This document shows positions 27,373 through 30,625 of a stretch of 30,625 bases of DNA, piece by piece. The stretch spans positions 1 to 30,625 of the forward strand of contig JBDRQI010000028.1 of NCBI GenBank assembly GCA_043826355.1, written 5' to 3'. Made by a program: the position numbers and the translations under genes. Each line of letters begins with the position of its first letter. Positions within the stretch are counted from its first letter, which is position 1. Source of the stretch: Candidatus Omnitrophota bacterium. GTDB lineage: Bacteria; Ratteibacteria; UBA8468; MWAK01. Below the pieces are notes generated by a model that searched no databases, had not been told where the DNA came from, and was given only the letters and a program-made list of their open reading frames with translations.

Positions 27373-30198
27373 ATGCGTGTGAACTGTAAAGTTATATTCG
27401 GTTTATTGATTGCTGCGTTTACTTGCACCAATGTTTGCGGCACGGAACTGCTTAAAAACGGAAATTTCAAGGAAGTAGCGAACGACCGTCCGACGAACTG
27501 GAGTTTCTACGATTGGAACGGTACGTCCAGTTTAAATATTATCAAAGAAGACCAATCCAATATCGCTGTCATTTACTCCCAAAACGTTGACGGGAAAGGT
27601 ACGTTCACTCAAAATCAGTCCGGACTTGAATTGAAGCAAGGGACAACATACAGATTATCCGGATGGTACAATACGGAGGATATCGGCCTCGGAGACAAGG
27701 GCAGGCTGCGGGTTGAATGTGTATACAACCAGTCCGCCGGCGCGGAAGAAAAGACGAACCTTAAAACACACCAGGCGGTCAACCTGACGCTGTCCCCCGG
27801 AAAATGGGAGCGGTTTGAAAGCGTACGCTCCGTTCCTTCCCCGGTTACCGAATTTAATTTCTTTATTCTCGGTTATAATTTTACGGGAAAATTATATCTG
27901 CGTGATATTTCACTGGAAGCAATTGCGCAGACGGCTGAAATCAAACCGGACCGGAAATACGTCTGGCGCGAAGCGGAACAAATCTTTGCGACCGGATTTA
28001 CCAGCACCTGGGGCAGCGAAATAAAAGATTACTTTTCCGGAACCGGCGGCGCATACGGTGGTCAGGCAAGCTTCAAATGGCGATTTCAAATAGCGCCGGA
28101 AACCGACCCCCAATTCCTATTGCCGGTAAACCGGCAATATTATGTCTGGTTAAGGATGTACGGCTATCTCGGGTCTCCGCAGGTTGACGTTCTTTTCCAG
28201 GACCGGCAAATCGCTTCCTTCAAAACAGTTTCCAATGAAATTGCCGATGCTCAGGGAAAATACAGCGCTCCGGGTAAATACTACTGGCAGAAAGCGGGAA
28301 CATTTCAATCCGAAGGCGGCCCGGCCAGCCTGACCTTCAGTTCCACTCAACGGATGCTGCTTGACGCTGTCTTAATAACCGATGACCCGGCATACGAGCC
28401 GGTTGGATTTGAAGCGGCCAAGGCTTCCGATAAAAATCTTTTTACAGACTTCAATACCCCCCATATCATAAAAACCATCTATAATTTTAACGGCGTCAGC
28501 GATAAAATCGCCTCTCCTCTGGATTTCATGTTTTACAACGACAATAACCGGCAAATTAAAATCGGCGATAAGCCGGCAATACTGCGCCTTGTGCTCCCGA
28601 AGGCAATCCAGATTGCCGGCGCAACCGCCCACTGGGGTGGGGTTTCCTGGGGATACGGGCCAAATTGGTGGGGCGATAAACGTCTCAGTTGGGAAAAAAA
28701 GGGCGCCCAAACCATCAACGGCGTAGATTGCAATGTCTATGAGTTTTATTATTACTTCCTGGGACTGACCACCACGCTCTTTATTAAAGCCGACTCGCAG
28801 GGCTTCAAACACGGAGAGAAGTATATCGGCGAATATCAACTTGAATTCAACGGCATCAAACAACCGATGGAAAAACTGGTGCTGGACGCGGTTGAACTGA
28901 AACCGGCCGCGGCATTTAAAGATATCTGGATTGGTTTTATGTCACAAAACACCTCTCAGTATTTTGATTATCCGCAATTGGTTGATGCGCTGGTCTTTTC
29001 CGGAATAAATCTCCTGGGTCCCACTAATATCAGATATAATTATGATTTATTTGAAAAATTTGCCGATGAGTGCCTGGAAAACCGTATCATGATTTTCGAA
29101 AAAGCTTCGCCGCTGGCTGCCGGCCCGCTCTCCAAGGCAGAACAGATGGTGGTTACCCTGGAAGGCGCGGCCATGCAGGGATTTCCTTCTCTTTCGCTTG
29201 ATGAAAACAGTCCGGCCGTACAGGCAACCTGCCGCAACATGGAAGATACGTCTTCCAGCGGTTTTGGAATATCGTCGAACGATGAATGGACCAATCAGTT
29301 GAAAGATTCGGCCGATTACAATCCGGCCACGAAAAAACTCTTTGAAGAGTATTTAAAAAAGAAAGGGTTGGAATATGTTGACCCGGTTACCGTTGTAAAA
29401 AACAAGGAATCATACGCCCAACTTTATGCGGCGTGGATTGATTTCCGCTGCGAACGGACGAGCAATTTCCACCGCTTGTACCAGCAGGCCTATTTGAAGG
29501 GATTCGCCAAATCAGGCGGAAAATATACTTTCGGGAAAACCATGTATATCCCCCAGATTTTGAAGAACAGCACCGCGCTGGAGAGCAAGATTAATTCCTG
29601 CTGGGATTATAAGGAGTTGGCTCAATACTGCGATTACATCAGCCCGATGATTTATACCTATTCCGGAATCGGAGATTCGGCGGAAGTAGGCGATACCCTG
29701 AAAATGTATAACGATTATATCGGACGAAAAGTTACGGTGCCGACCCTGTTGTCGGAGCATCCCGGGTTCGGGGAAGTTCCTTTACTCCAGAAAGCGATGC
29801 TCAAGTATCAGATATTCGAAAGCCTGATGCAGCAGTCAAGAGTCATCATGTTATACATTGCCCCCACACCGATGAATCCGCTTAATCTGCAGTTCATCTC
29901 GGACGCGATCCGGCAGGCCGGGCCCTATGAAGATATCATTTTGAACGGACAGCAAATCAAAGTAAACGCATCTCCGGAATGGGTACGAATAAACGCCTTG
30001 CAGTTAAACAAACAAATATTGGTTTACGCCACGAATTACCGCAATGAAGTTTCACTCAAAGCAAAAATACATTTAACCGGCAAAGCGGTAAAGGTTCTTG
30101 ATATTGAAAACGGCAAAACGGTTCCGATTGCCGACAATTTCTTTGAAACAGATTTTCGTTCCAGTCGCGGCAAGCTGTTCCTCGCGACCATGGAATAA
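27373..30198 (+). CDS. Large exported protein with carbohydrate-binding-like domains and a putative glycoside hydrolase barrel
   Basis: Signal peptide; CBM4/9-like LLKNGNFKE..PTNW..YRLSGW; second galactose-binding-like WREAE..YYVWLR..DAVLITDD; C-terminal NDEW, WIDFR, DYISPMIY. Start ATG 27373. Confidence 0.65.
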   Translation: MRVNCKVIFGLLIAAFTCTNVCGTELLKNGNFKEVANDRPTNWSFYDWNGTSSLNIIKEDQSNIAVIYSQNVDGKGTFTQNQSGLELKQGTTYRLSGWYNTEDIGLGDKGRLRVECVYNQSAGAEEKTNLKTHQAVNLTLSPGKWERFESVRSVPSPVTEFNFFILGYNFTGKLYLRDISLEAIAQTAEIKPDRKYVWREAEQIFATGFTSTWGSEIKDYFSGTGGAYGGQASFKWRFQIAPETDPQFLLPVNRQYYVWLRMYGYLGSPQVDVLFQDRQIASFKTVSNEIADAQGKYSAPGKYYWQKAGTFQSEGGPASLTFSSTQRMLLDAVLITDDPAYEPVGFEAAKASDKNLFTDFNTPHIIKTIYNFNGVSDKIASPLDFMFYNDNNRQIKIGDKPAILRLVLPKAIQIAGATAHWGGVSWGYGPNWWGDKRLSWEKKGAQTINGVDCNVYEFYYYFLGLTTTLFIKADSQGFKHGEKYIGEYQLEFNGIKQPMEKLVLDAVELKPAAAFKDIWIGFMSQNTSQYFDYPQLVDALVFSGINLLGPTNIRYNYDLFEKFADECLENRIMIFEKASPLAAGPLSKAEQMVVTLEGAAMQGFPSLSLDENSPAVQATCRNMEDTSSSGFGISSNDEWTNQLKDSADYNPATKKLFEEYLKKKGLEYVDPVTVVKNKESYAQLYAAWIDFRCERTSNFHRLYQQAYLKGFAKSGGKYTFGKTMYIPQILKNSTALESKINSCWDYKELAQYCDYISPMIYTYSGIGDSAEVGDTLKMYNDYIGRKVTVPTLLSEHPGFGEVPLLQKAMLKYQIFESLMQQSRVIMLYIAPTPMNPLNLQFISDAIRQAGPYEDIILNGQQIKVNASPEWVRINALQLNKQILVYATNYRNEVSLKAKIHLTGKAVKVLDIENGKTVPIADNFFETDFRSSRGKLFLATME

Positions 30199-30411
30199 AA
30201 ATTTGGGCTTTTATTTCCGGAGGGCCGGTGACTTTTGGGACCCTTCCCGTATAGGCCCTAATGCCTCACGTAATAATCTCTATCTAAGGCCGAATTACAA
30301 AGCGGGAAAAACCGACTACGAAGGCAACATTCCTGTCTCCCCGGAAAAAACAAACAGCCCATTAACTTGCATATGCTAACGGAAAAAATGGCTTGTAAGG
30401 TCTAACTCTTT

Positions 30412-30625
30412 TCATGATAGATTATTGAAACCCTTGTGCCGCAATGGTTTTAAAACTGCCAGGGTGGCTAAGGGCAGTTGCAATCCTTTTATGGTCTGGT
30501 ACATGTTGGCCCAGGTGGGTTCGGATATATCCTGATACAGCATGTGCGGATTCCCCTTTTCATCTCTTGCCGGTTCCACGGTTACCGTTCCGTTTCCGGC
30601 CGGGATAACCCATCCGTCCGGCTTG
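30412..30625 (-). pseudogene. 3' end of an ORF entering from the right edge, probably a truncated CBM-like domain
   Basis: Open frame KPDGWVIPAGNG...MYQTIKGL, then a palindrome-encoded tail QLPLATLAVLKPLRHKGFNNLS*. Confidence 0.4.

Noticed and set aside
30098..30379. 93-aa ORF or transposase remnant
   Set aside because: Overlaps the preceding gene and shows no recognisable transposase motif.
25900..30625. Prophage or genomic island
   Set aside because: Only one phage-like ORF; no integrase, structural genes or bounding att repeats visible.

Overview
Chromosomal window from a bacterium, probably a deep-branching candidate lineage. The 16S has PVC-like variants (AGGGTTTGATC, GCAGTCGGGAAT), but the placement is unverified. 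Housekeeping content: prs, a GlmU uridylyltransferase half, rpsB-tsf, dapB-dapL-purE, two tandem phosphofructokinases and rex. A 16S rRNA plus tRNA-Ile(GAT) is NOT followed by 23S, has a terminator-like hairpin right after its processing stem, and is followed by inverted and direct copies of the tRNA 3' end. Other genes: a large HPr-domain fusion, a PHP-domain/homocysteine S-methyltransferase pair, and a four-gene ECF sigma / zinc-finger anti-sigma (PrcB-C-like) / secreted vWA / secreted VIT-vWA module with the same GGAAC-N17-GTCTAA promoter upstream of both the sigma gene and the vWA genes. The right end is accessory: a zinc-ribbon/phage-like protein, an unannotated 36-aa basic peptide, a large secreted carbohydrate-binding/GH-like protein and a truncated gene. 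Most intergenic gaps hold a palindromic REP/RPE-like element from one of several families, and a ~180-nt rod-like RNA candidate lies at 14016-14196. There is no CRISPR array and no recognisable intact transposase or integrase. Family assignments come from motif recognition, not database searches.
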